Shown here: piece by piece, positions 30,438 through 39,439 of the stretch
Numbering within the stretch: the first letter of the stretch is position 1
Layout of the letters: each line of letters opens with the position of its first letter
Assembly: GCA_965657355.1 (NCBI GenBank)
Contig: CBFHOE010000003.1
Location: 373,520-437,519, forward strand
Length of the DNA stretch: 64,000 nt
Reading direction: 5' to 3'
Source: Limisphaerales bacterium
GTDB lineage: Bacteria; Verrucomicrobiota; Verrucomicrobiia; Limisphaerales; JAJOIW01
Notes under the pieces: model-generated
The model's input: the letters and a program-made list of their open reading frames with translations, nothing else
Database searches by the model: none
What the model was told of the DNA's origin: nothing
Program-made: the position numbers and the translations under genes

Positions 30438-30947
30438 ATGAGAGTTTTATATCTAAAATATAGAAAAGATCGAACGAGCGATGCTTTTTCCTTGCTGGAG
30501 GTGGCCATCGCTATGGGGATTTTTTTTATGGCTATATTCGTCATATTGGAGTTGACCAACAATAGCCTGCGATCTGCCTATCTATTGAAGAATAATGCTC
30601 CCGACCCCAGGTCACTGCTCGGTGATTTGATGGTTACCAATTCCCTTGAAGAAATTTCGGAAAGCGGGGATTTCGGTGATTTGTATCCAGATTACCGGTG
30701 GGAACGCCTCATTACTCGAGCTATTGAAAGCGAAGAAGTCGATGGATTATTCCAGGTCGACGTCCGAGTTTATCTTCCAGAAACAGAATGGAGCTCCGAA
30801 TTAACCATGCTCCTTTTTAAGCCTCCCGGGGGAAGCGGGTATAACAGCACGCTAAGACCAAGATCTATTAGAAATTCCTCGCAAAGAACACGGTTAAACT
30901 CCAGCACCCCCAATCGGTCTAGGACTTCTCGATCCATGTTAAGGTGA
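30438..30947 (+). CDS. gspI: Minor pseudopilin GspI-like
   Basis: DA|FSLLEVAIAMGIF, SGDFG..YPDYRW, LFQVDVRV; lies between H and J. Confidence 0.75.
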   Translation: MRVLYLKYRKDRTSDAFSLLEVAIAMGIFFMAIFVILELTNNSLRSAYLLKNNAPDPRSLLGDLMVTNSLEEISESGDFGDLYPDYRWERLITRAIESEEVDGLFQVDVRVYLPETEWSSELTMLLFKPPGGSGYNSTLRPRSIRNSSQRTRLNSSTPNRSRTSRSMLR

Positions 30948-30954
30948 AGACCAC

Positions 30955-31827
30955 TTGAAAAACGCACAACTGTTCCACATGCAATTTAGATTTGGTAAGT
31001 ATTCTCATTTCAGAAAGCGGGTCGCTTTTACCCTACTCGAAATTATGGTCGCCATGGCAATTTTTAGTATGGTTTCGGTCGGGATTTACGCATCGTGGAA
31101 CGCCATTATCAATTCATCGAGAATAGGCCTGAAAGCCGCCGCCGAAGCCCAAAGGAAACGAAATGCGATTGAGACGATCCAGTCGGCGCTTTTCGGCACT
31201 CAAATGTACACTGCCAATCTCCGGCATCATTATTTTCTCGCGGATACAACCATTCCAGAAGCTTCACTTTTGAGCTTTGTCTCACAATTGCCCGAATCTT
31301 TTCCTGGTGCAGGATTTTACCCCAATGACCCCATCAGACGTGTGACCTTTACTCTCGATACGGATAAAGATGGCAATCAGAACCTCGTCATGTATCAAAC
31401 GCCTGTCTTAGCTTCAGTGGAGGAAATGAGTGAGCCAATCCCGATCAAGCTCGCGAAAAACGTCTCTCTCTTTTCGGTCGAGTTCTTTGATAACGACGTC
31501 GGTGAATGGCTGGTGGAATGGGAAAGTACAAATTCCATCCCGAGACAGGTTAGATTCGCTCTAGAATTTGAAAATCGGGATAAAGAAAATAATGTGTCCG
31601 GCGACCCTGATTTGGAGACCCGAGTCGTCACGATTCCCAGCTCTGCTATTCCCATTCAAATCCAACGCCCCGGGTCCGGGCTTAGGTCAAGCGGGATTAG
31701 GAGAGATGCGGAGGGGAATATTCTCAATGGAAATTCCGGTCGCAAGGGGCGTGGTAAATTGCCTCAAGACACCCCATCTGCCATTGGTCGCGCGGAAAGC
31801 ATTAGAAACATAAAAGGCGGAAAGTAG
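30955..31827 (+). CDS. gspJ: Minor pseudopilin GspJ-like
   Basis: VA|FTLLEIMVAMAIF, LAKNV..F.VEFFD...W..EW.....PRQVR. Confidence 0.78.
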   Translation: MKNAQLFHMQFRFGKYSHFRKRVAFTLLEIMVAMAIFSMVSVGIYASWNAIINSSRIGLKAAAEAQRKRNAIETIQSALFGTQMYTANLRHHYFLADTTIPEASLLSFVSQLPESFPGAGFYPNDPIRRVTFTLDTDKDGNQNLVMYQTPVLASVEEMSEPIPIKLAKNVSLFSVEFFDNDVGEWLVEWESTNSIPRQVRFALEFENRDKENNVSGDPDLETRVVTIPSSAIPIQIQRPGSGLRSSGIRRDAEGNILNGNSGRKGRGKLPQDTPSAIGRAESIRNIKGGK

Positions 31828-31832
31828 TCTCT

Positions 31833-32939
31833 ATGAAAACTCCCTCAAAATGGAGCTCAAACCTCCCTACAAAAGCCTCTCGTGATGGATTTGCACTCAT
31901 CATAGTTATGGTGACCATAGCCATTCTTGGTGGAATAGCTGTCCACTTTGCTACAAACATGCAGGTAGAGCTAAAATTGGCGCAAAATTCGAATTACGAT
32001 GCTGATTTTGAAGTTATCGGTCTTTCAGGCGTTGAGTATGCCCGATATGTACTTGCTCTCGAGGGCAAGAAAAATATGACGTATGAGCCATTTGATGCCC
32101 TACACCAAATTTGGGCAGGAGGGCCTGGCAGTGAGCTAGTCCCAGAGGATCAAGACCTCCTTCTCGTATCCCTCACAAATAATGAAATTGGTAATGGCAT
32201 TTTCTCCCTCAAAATTACGGATATGGAGCGAAAATGGAACATCAATTCGGCTAACGAGCAAATGCTGGAACAGGCATTCATCCTAATGGGCGTCGATTTT
32301 GCTGAAATATCCACATACTCAGCCACTATTCTGGATTGGATGGACCCTGACGAATTGACCAGAGCTGGTGGGGCTGAAATCCAAGATTATCTTGCATTGG
32401 ATCCTCCATATGTCTGTAAAGACGGGCCCATGGATGATATTTTTGAGCTGACCCGTGTTATCGGAATCACTCCAGAACTTTTCTGGGGACCATCTTTTGA
32501 TCCCGCCCGGCATTCCAATCTTAACGATCCCAATTTTGATCCGATTGGCCTCTCTGACTCCGGAGCAGCCTATTCATACGGCCTCAAAGATATTTTTACA
32601 GCCATATCCAGTGGGAGAATCAACGTTAACACAGCACCAGCCCATGTGCTTCAAATGATCCCCGGTATTGATGAGCTAACGGCAATGGAAATTGTGAATC
32701 AGCGGGCTGGGCCCGATGGTTTCCCCGGCACTATGGACGATTCTGCATACGCTTCACCCTCCATGTTGCCTGTATTACCCGACGTCATGCAGCTAGCATC
32801 ACGATTTCTCACAGTCAGAAGTTTACATTTTATGGTGGAAGTCCAAGTCTCAATAAATGGGATAACTCGAACGTATGAGGGACTCCTAAGAAGAGAAAGT
32901 CCTGAAAAAATTGACATCCTTTACCTCAGAAGGCGTTAA
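31833..32939 (+). CDS. gspK: Pseudopilin GspK
   Basis: DG|FALIIVM with no Glu5, KITDMERKWNIN, ILDWMDPD, GRINVNTAP..VL..IPGI. Confidence 0.87.
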   Translation: MKTPSKWSSNLPTKASRDGFALIIVMVTIAILGGIAVHFATNMQVELKLAQNSNYDADFEVIGLSGVEYARYVLALEGKKNMTYEPFDALHQIWAGGPGSELVPEDQDLLLVSLTNNEIGNGIFSLKITDMERKWNINSANEQMLEQAFILMGVDFAEISTYSATILDWMDPDELTRAGGAEIQDYLALDPPYVCKDGPMDDIFELTRVIGITPELFWGPSFDPARHSNLNDPNFDPIGLSDSGAAYSYGLKDIFTAISSGRINVNTAPAHVLQMIPGIDELTAMEIVNQRAGPDGFPGTMDDSAYASPSMLPVLPDVMQLASRFLTVRSLHFMVEVQVSINGITRTYEGLLRRESPEKIDILYLRRR

Positions 32940-33079
32940 TTTCCCAAGGCATATGCCGAATGAATACTACAGGCAAATCTATCCCTGATGGATGTCGACT
33001 TTTTCACAGCCGCCATGGTGTGGTGTTCAAAAAAGTGAAAAAAAGCTGAAAGATTGGGAGGAGATGTCGGATATTACTA

Positions 33080-33108
33080 TTGACAGGTGATTTCCTGTCT
33101 GAGATATT
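33080..33108 (+). promoter_or_regulatory. Putative strong sigma-70 promoter
   Basis: TTGACA-N17-GATATT with TG extension; A-rich leader to the ATG at 33144. Confidence 0.6.
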
Positions 33109-33143
33109 TTAATTACACACGGAAAAACAAAACTATTAAAACC

Positions 33144-33803
33144 ATGAAAATACAAGCGCTTGCTATCACATCATTATTCGTCGCTGTTGGTGCACTACAG
33201 GGACAAGCTCAAGAACAGAGCTCAGCAAATGCAGTAGGTTACGTCAAAAAGACTTTCTCTGCTGGATTTACTCTGTTCAGCAACCCACTCGTAGCTGAAG
33301 ACAACAAAGTTGCCAGCCTCATGCCGGCTCCTGCAGCTGGAACAATTGTCTACAAGTTCAACCCAGCAACTTCTGGATTCGTCGCTAACAGTTACCTCGA
33401 AATCGTTCCTGGTCTTGCTGGATGGCTCGATGATTCTATGACTCTCACTCCTGGAGAAGCTGCCTTCATCAGCGTTCCTGCTGGTCAATCTGTTGATGCT
33501 ATCTTTGTTGGAACTGTTGCACAAGGCGATCTTTCAACAAGCTTTCCTGCAGGTTTCTCATTGATCTCCTCACAGGTTCCTCAGGCTGGTAAAATCTCTG
33601 CCGACCTAGGTCTATCAGTTGACAACGTCAATGCTGTTTACACTTTCGACAACGCATCTCAGGGTTACACCGCTTTCCCTGTAACTGAAATCCCTGGAGT
33701 TGGAACTCTTTTCGACGATCCAGCAATTGCTATCGGTGAAGGTGTCTTCCTCGACGCTTCAGCCGAAGGATCATGGGATCGTTCATTTTCAGTTTCTGAA
33801 TAA
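33144..33803 (+). CDS. Secreted acidic beta-rich protein of unknown function (SANAVGYV motif); probably highly expressed
   Basis: Likely start MKIQAL with a Sec signal ending QGQA; two internal half-repeats (AGFTLFSNPL/AGFSLISSQV, VYKFN/VYTFD, PGEAAFI/IGEGVFL); strong codon bias. Confidence 0.8.
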   Translation: MKIQALAITSLFVAVGALQGQAQEQSSANAVGYVKKTFSAGFTLFSNPLVAEDNKVASLMPAPAAGTIVYKFNPATSGFVANSYLEIVPGLAGWLDDSMTLTPGEAAFISVPAGQSVDAIFVGTVAQGDLSTSFPAGFSLISSQVPQAGKISADLGLSVDNVNAVYTFDNASQGYTAFPVTEIPGVGTLFDDPAIAIGEGVFLDASAEGSWDRSFSVSE

Positions 33804-33849
33804 TTTTACTTGATCGGATTTTAATCTCGTAATATAAAACAACCCTAGT

Positions 33850-34365
33850 ATGAAAAAACTACTCATCGGACTAACATCACTTGTTCTAGCAACTGGAGCT
33901 TTCGCTCAAGATGCTAATGTTAACTTCAGTAACGCCCTCGGCGGAGATCCAACTCCTGTTACTGCGGACGGAGTCACTGCCGGCGCTGACTGGACTGCTG
34001 AACTCGTTGTTGGCGGAGCTACACTCGGTTCTGGTGCTCTTCTATCTATTGGCGGAACACCTACTGGTATCTTCAACCTCGGCGAAGTTGCTATCCCAGG
34101 TAACTCTGGAACTGAAGCTGAAATGACTATCAACGTATACAAAACTGAGTTTGGTAGCGTTGGTGGAACACCTGTTGGTGAATCTTACTTCACATCAACA
34201 TTCACTCACACTCCTTCAGCTGTAACAACTCCTCCAACTCCTGCTGCTGGTCTAGCTGGTTCTATCGACTCTTTTTCTCTTGAAACTGTAGTTCCTGAAC
34301 CAACAGCTATCGCTCTTGCACTCGTTGGTGCTGGTGTATTCGCCGCTCGTCGTCGTCGCGCCTAA
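33850..34365 (+). CDS. PEP-CTERM sorting domain protein
   Basis: Signal peptide MKKLL...AFA; C-terminus VPEP + TM helix + RRRRA; Thr/Pro-rich segment. Confidence 0.93.
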   Translation: MKKLLIGLTSLVLATGAFAQDANVNFSNALGGDPTPVTADGVTAGADWTAELVVGGATLGSGALLSIGGTPTGIFNLGEVAIPGNSGTEAEMTINVYKTEFGSVGGTPVGESYFTSTFTHTPSAVTTPPTPAAGLAGSIDSFSLETVVPEPTAIALALVGAGVFAARRRRA

Positions 34366-34390
34366 GCTGAGTTAAAATTACTATTTCCCG

Positions 34391-34417
34391 AACCGCCCAC
34401 TATGGGCGGTTTTTTTT
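34391..34417 (+). terminator. Rho-independent terminator
   Basis: AACCGCCCA-CTA-TGGGCGGTT followed by a T tract. Confidence 0.9.
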
Positions 34418-34809
34418 ATATTTTTGTTCCGTTGGGTATGGATCCCTTTTTTGAAATCTATAACTCTTAAGTATGGAACAAATTAACTTCGGTATGCCTT
34501 TCTATTATCGATCTCAGATACTCTTTTTTTAATATTTCTAGCGATAAGTTAGCCAAAGTTTATATACGCATTTCCTTTTGCCATATTTCGAGCTACGAGC
34601 CTTTGGATTAAAAAAAGAAAAGCACTATGTTAGAAAAGCTTTGGTGAAGATTTTTTGAAAATTTTTAAATTTCAAAGAAGAGATCTACTCAACTTTGGCA
34701 AAAAAGATTTATGCGACCCTCCAATTTGAATGCAGTCTCCTAAAATCTGCCGTTAGTGTGCAAAAAGACTTGGTTGGATTGTTTAATTGAATGAGAATGA
34801 ACAGTAGAA

Positions 34810-35175
34810 ATGGGACCATTTCAAATTATTTTTAATAAAGTTAGCTCAAGTGAACTGGCGTCTTTGTCCAAACAGATGCAACTTCAAATTCTTGGTAATT
34901 TTAGGGGCTTGCCAGAGGAGGCTATGACGACAGACCTGGGCCAATACGGACAACTTAGTAGGGAAGGGAGAGTTTTATATAGATTTAGAATCTCAGATTA
35001 TAGGATCTATTTTGAAAGGCATCACCTTGGTATTCAAGTTGTTCGAATACTGAACAAAAATACGCTGAAGGATTTTCTTTACCGCAGCAGTCTTCCGGTC
35101 CCTGAAGACCGCCAGCTTGAATCAAACCCGGAATTCTGGAAACTCATGGAAGTTTCTCATAGCGAAACGAGTTGA
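34810..35175 (+). CDS. RelE/ParE-fold protein, no antitoxin evident
   Basis: FQIIFN...ELASL...LYRFRISDYRIYFE...VVRIL RelE-like pattern with a C-terminal extension. Confidence 0.7.
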   Translation: MGPFQIIFNKVSSSELASLSKQMQLQILGNFRGLPEEAMTTDLGQYGQLSREGRVLYRFRISDYRIYFERHHLGIQVVRILNKNTLKDFLYRSSLPVPEDRQLESNPEFWKLMEVSHSETS

Positions 35176-35194
35176 TTAGATTGCTAATTAAACC

Positions 35195-35223
35195 TTGAAA
35201 ATTGATTAAACCTCAACTATTTT
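35195..35223 (+). promoter_or_regulatory. Putative sigma-70 promoter for infC
   Basis: TTGAAA-N17-TATTTT about 65 nt upstream of infC. Confidence 0.5.
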
Positions 35224-35287
35224 CCAAATATGCCGCAAAAATGCATAGTTATATCGCATTGAGGCATTTTACTAACACATTAAAGTT

Positions 35288-36022
35288 TTGAGTCCATATC
35301 CGAGACGAAATTATTACAGAGGTCCAAGGACCCGAATTAACGAGCGAATTAGAGCACGAGAAGTACGTGTTATCGGCCCCGACGGTAACCAAGTTGGAGT
35401 CATGAGTTCCCAAGAAGCAGTCGCTCTTGCCAAGCGGTATGGAGTGGATCTCGTGGAGATAGCCTCCACGGCGAAGCCTCCCGTATGTCGGATTGTTGAT
35501 TACGGCAAATATCAATATGAACAATCCAAAAAGCAAAAAGAGCAAAAGAAGCATCAGCATTCTAATAAACTCAAAGAGGTCCAGCTTAGCCCTGTGATTG
35601 ATCCCCACGATTATGGCTACAAATTAGATCGAGCTAAACAGTTTCTCTCCGAGGACATGAAGGTTAAGGTCTCGCTTCGATTTAAGGGGCGTCAAATGGC
35701 CCACACCGAGGTAGGCTTCGAAGTTGTAAAAAACTTCATCAACGATATTGAATCATTTGCTCAGCCCGACTCAAGGCCGAAGCTCGTTGGAAGAGCCATA
35801 AATTTTGTTCTCTCGCCCTTGCCCAAGAATAAACGTGCGAAATATGAAGGAAAAGGTGGGGAAAAGCAGCTCGAAGAGGACGAAGGCACAGAAACTACAT
35901 CTGTGGATGGGGAAGAAAACCAGAAAAGCTCTAACCAAGAAGAGGCACCTCGTAAAAAACCAGTAAAGCAAGGTTCCGCTCGTGCATTTACAAATTCGGT
36001 TTTAGAGGATATAGACCTTTAA
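35288..36022 (+). CDS. infC: Translation initiation factor IF-3 (TTG start, charged C-terminal extension)
   Basis: RINERIRAREVRVI, DLVEIA...PPVCRIVDYGKYQYE, KVKVSLRFKGRQ. Confidence 0.95.
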   Translation: MSPYPRRNYYRGPRTRINERIRAREVRVIGPDGNQVGVMSSQEAVALAKRYGVDLVEIASTAKPPVCRIVDYGKYQYEQSKKQKEQKKHQHSNKLKEVQLSPVIDPHDYGYKLDRAKQFLSEDMKVKVSLRFKGRQMAHTEVGFEVVKNFINDIESFAQPDSRPKLVGRAINFVLSPLPKNKRAKYEGKGGEKQLEEDEGTETTSVDGEENQKSSNQEEAPRKKPVKQGSARAFTNSVLEDIDL

Positions 36023-36180
36023 AATTTACATTTTATAGAAGAGCTCTTCCTACTCTTTTCCAATTATTATTATATACTGAGGCTACGGCTCACAGTCCGA
36101 AAGTATCACTTGGGCCTCCTGTTTATTTAGTTCTGTGAGAATCTTGCAGAGCCTTTGGATTCTATCACGATAAGGATCAA

Positions 36181-37167
36181 CTACGGGTTCTTTGAGTTTT
36201 CAAAGACCTGCCAGAATTGAGCAGGGCTCATCCTGGTTTCGAATGTCGTGCCAATTTCCTTTAAAAAAGGCATTGATTTGACTTCCTCCAGTCCTTTGTG
36301 GATTCTCTCCGGTGAAAAAATGAGTCGTTCGAGTCTAAGTGATTGGATTGGCGTGAGGTCGGTGACATTGGATTCCCCGATGTGTAGCCGGCGAATATTT
36401 GTTCCAATCAATGGTTCCAAATCCTTAGTCGGGGTCCGGTGTAAAGTGAGGCTAACGATTGGGCATGCAATGAGGGGCGTTAAATCTGAGACCAATGTCT
36501 CGCTGAGCCATATCATTTGAATTGGAGACCTGGCTAAGGGTAATAAGTTAGAGATTCCGGTCCCAACCGCGTTAAATTCAACTAATGGCATATCTATCAG
36601 AGGGGTCAAATCCTTAACGGGGCTGTTACTGATATACAGCTGCTTTAAAGGGAGCCCATAGATTGGGCCCAAATCCGAGACGTTGGTTCTTTCTATAAAC
36701 AATACCTGAAGAGATTTTTTCCCAGCCAAAGCCGAAAGGTCTGAAACAGGATTAGCCATGAGATCTAGACTTTGCAGAGGCCAATTTTTTAGAAATTCAA
36801 TATTCGAGATTCCGGCTTCCGGAAATTGCGCCTGAATGACCTCCCCTTTTTCATTGAGACCAAATTGGCCGTTTCCATTGTATTGTGGATTTGTTTTTTT
36901 AACCAAAGAATGGATTTCTCCAACATTTTTAAACCTAGCTGGAGCTTGGGGAGGTTCAGGCGGAGCCGCCGATTCAATATTTTCTAGCTTCTGAGATGAA
37001 GGTGCATTGACACTCTTTTCAATCTCTTGCGTTTTAGTCTGGGAATCTGATTCCTTAGATATGTTAGGCAGAGTTGATGAGCTTTTTTCAGCATCGCAAC
37101 CCGCCACCGAAAATAATGAAAGAATGAGAATACCCAGTAAGTATGATTTGTTTCTTAGATCAACCAC
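36181..37167 (-). CDS. Leucine-rich repeat lipoprotein (internalin-like repeats)
   Basis: Lipobox VAGC; repeated L..L.L..T.VSDL.PL units. Confidence 0.85.
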   Translation of the reverse strand: MVDLRNKSYLLGILILSLFSVAGCDAEKSSSTLPNISKESDSQTKTQEIEKSVNAPSSQKLENIESAAPPEPPQAPARFKNVGEIHSLVKKTNPQYNGNGQFGLNEKGEVIQAQFPEAGISNIEFLKNWPLQSLDLMANPVSDLSALAGKKSLQVLFIERTNVSDLGPIYGLPLKQLYISNSPVKDLTPLIDMPLVEFNAVGTGISNLLPLARSPIQMIWLSETLVSDLTPLIACPIVSLTLHRTPTKDLEPLIGTNIRRLHIGESNVTDLTPIQSLRLERLIFSPERIHKGLEEVKSMPFLKEIGTTFETRMSPAQFWQVFENSKNP

Positions 37168-37291
37168 GTCTGGGGCATCATGCCTTAATAAAGGCCAAAA
37201 ATCTAGGCGATTTCCACTCAGAGGGTCATCGTTTTTAAAACGCCGAACGGATTAAGGTCTTCCGGTCTAATCTATTCAATTTCCTTTTATT

Positions 37292-38662
37292 TCAGACTTC
37301 CCAGCCTTTTCTGTAGGCTCTTTTAATCAGAGATGCCGCCCCTGGAGAGTTTGTTGAAGATAGATTTCGACCATTCCAATCCACCTTCTTATTTAATCGA
37401 ATAGCCAAGTTACCAAGAAGGACTGTCTCTGTGAGGCGGCCCGAATACTCGAAACGCGACAGAGCTTCCCCGCTTTTTCCAAGACAGGCATCAACCCATT
37501 CCTGGTCTTCATTTTTTACTCGAGGAATAGATTTTATGGGCTTTTTCCAGTCTTTTAATAAATCGGACGGGGTTGTTTTCCAATTCATACCCCCGCGCTG
37601 AAAGTAGAGTTTTCCTCTATCTCCTACTATTATGGATTCAAATTGCTTAGAGAGCTGTTGCTGCGTGAGTCCTGACTCCTGGTAAACAGATTTATCAGGT
37701 CTGTTATCTCCATCATACCAATGAAATTTGAGCGCATCGGAATATGGTCCTCTTGGGAATTTGTAAGTCACAACCGAAGCGTTCGGGCCGGCATACTCTG
37801 AATTTCCTCTGGAGCTAGCGGAGACCGAAATCGGATCGCCCAGGTCGAGAGCCCAGTAAGGCATATCCATAATATGACAGCCCATGTCGCCAAGTGCACC
37901 AGTCCCGTAATCCCACCATCCACGCCAACTGAAAGGGAGATATTTTGAACTGTAAGGTGTCTCTGGGGCTGGTCCCAGCCAAAGATCCCAATCCAACCCT
38001 TTTTCAATTTTTTGGCCTGCGGGGCGTGATTTCATTCCTTGCGCCCAGATTGGCCTATTCGTCCAGCAATGAACTTCCTTTACTCTTCCCAGTAGCCCGG
38101 ATCGAATATACTCAACAGCTCTTCGAATAGGTTCTCCTGCATGGGCTTGATTCCCCATTTGAGTCCTTACCTTATGTTTCCTTGCAAGTAAACGTAGTTC
38201 CCGAGCTTCCCAAATGCTGTGGGTCAATGGTTTTTGGCAATAAACATGTTTCCCCATCATAATGGCCATCCGGGCTGGGTGAAAGTGGGTGTGATCTGGA
38301 GTTGAAATCGAGACGGCATCAATTTCAGAGTCCATAGACTCGAGCATTTTTCTAAAGTCTCGAAAGAACTTAGCTTTAGGAAAATTTAGCGTATGGTCCT
38401 TATTTCCTTTTTTGACTCTTCTTTTATCATGAACATCACACAAGGCCACAATGTGTCCACCCGCTCCAGCGATACCTCTTACATCCGAAAAGCCTTTGCC
38501 TCCAATGCCAATAGACGCAACTTGTAACCTGCTGTTTGCCCCAAAAGTTGATTTGGGAAAAAAGTTAAATGCAAATGCAGAAGCTACCAAGGACTTTGAG
38601 AAATCTCTTCGGCTAATGGAACCAGCATAAGTTTTTCGATACTTTTTTCGGTTTGGAGACAT
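37292..38662 (-). CDS. Tat-exported Gfo/Idh/MocA oxidoreductase
   Basis: SRRDFSK twin-arginine signal; IGIGGKG; STPDHTH; HVYCQKPL; WDLWLGPAP; GALGDMGCH. Confidence 0.92.
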   Translation of the reverse strand: MSPNRKKYRKTYAGSISRRDFSKSLVASAFAFNFFPKSTFGANSRLQVASIGIGGKGFSDVRGIAGAGGHIVALCDVHDKRRVKKGNKDHTLNFPKAKFFRDFRKMLESMDSEIDAVSISTPDHTHFHPARMAIMMGKHVYCQKPLTHSIWEARELRLLARKHKVRTQMGNQAHAGEPIRRAVEYIRSGLLGRVKEVHCWTNRPIWAQGMKSRPAGQKIEKGLDWDLWLGPAPETPYSSKYLPFSWRGWWDYGTGALGDMGCHIMDMPYWALDLGDPISVSASSRGNSEYAGPNASVVTYKFPRGPYSDALKFHWYDGDNRPDKSVYQESGLTQQQLSKQFESIIVGDRGKLYFQRGGMNWKTTPSDLLKDWKKPIKSIPRVKNEDQEWVDACLGKSGEALSRFEYSGRLTETVLLGNLAIRLNKKVDWNGRNLSSTNSPGAASLIKRAYRKGWEV

Positions 38663-39439
38663 GTTTTAAAAGTATCAAAGGTGCAAGGGATATTCCATAA
38701 ACAATTTTAGCTAACTTCCCCATTAATAGTTTTGCCATTATCAAAAAGAATCGATCCCTTCTTTTAGATTTATGAGAAAGCGTTTGACCATTTATACATT
38801 TTTTTAAGAATGAAAGCGCATCTTTCAAAATGGAGATATGGCTGAAGCAAAATTTTGATCAGATGTTGAATATTGAAGACTTATCTATTTACCAATTGGT
38901 CATAGTATTTCAGGCCATTTAAGGCATACTGAAATGTCATTCACATGGGTTTTGGATTTATTTCCCGCTGCTATGTCAGGAAGTGCAGCGCTGCATTTTT
39001 AATTTACAGATTTATTCAATCTTTAAAATGATTGCGGGGCCTTGATTCAGTTACTGCTCTTTTTTTAGTTTTTTCCAAGATTGGGTGTCCATCAATCTAA
39101 TGGCGCCCATGGCTCATTTAAAAAGAGAATTGTGAGATCCCCCTAAGGAAGAATGAAATGGGTTTATTTTAGTCATGGCTTGAGACTGATGAATGATGTG
39201 ACAATTATCGACAGGAAGCCTTATGAGTGAGCGGCTCCTCAGCCAGTGAGCGGCCAAAGTCTTGGGCGTGTAAGACTTCAGGAAATCCTTTCCTAGAGCA
39301 AGCTTCATACTGGAATCGAAATCTATCAAAGTGAGATCATAACGCAATTTAATTGTCCGGCTTTTAGGCACTTTTAATTCCCTTTCCCGTAATCAACGAT
39401 TTTTTCGATTATTGCCACAGAGTCCAATCAGGATTACAA

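Noticed and set aside
32936..32962. Second sigma-28-like site (TTAA-N15-GCCGAATG) and GGCATATGCC palindrome after gspK
   Set aside because: Weaker match, overlaps the gspK stop, and a better sigma-70 promoter lies closer to the next gene
33087..33143. ORF-track upstream starts here and for rpmE2 (48543), acpP (53102), fabG (53980), the protease (14717) and the LamG protein (23595)
   Set aside because: Extensions overlap promoter-like elements or precede the signal peptide or conserved N-terminus; downstream ATGs were preferred
38613..39371. 71-aa and 85-aa ORFs in the intergenic region
   Set aside because: No motifs, weak starts, and one overlaps the oxidoreductase start
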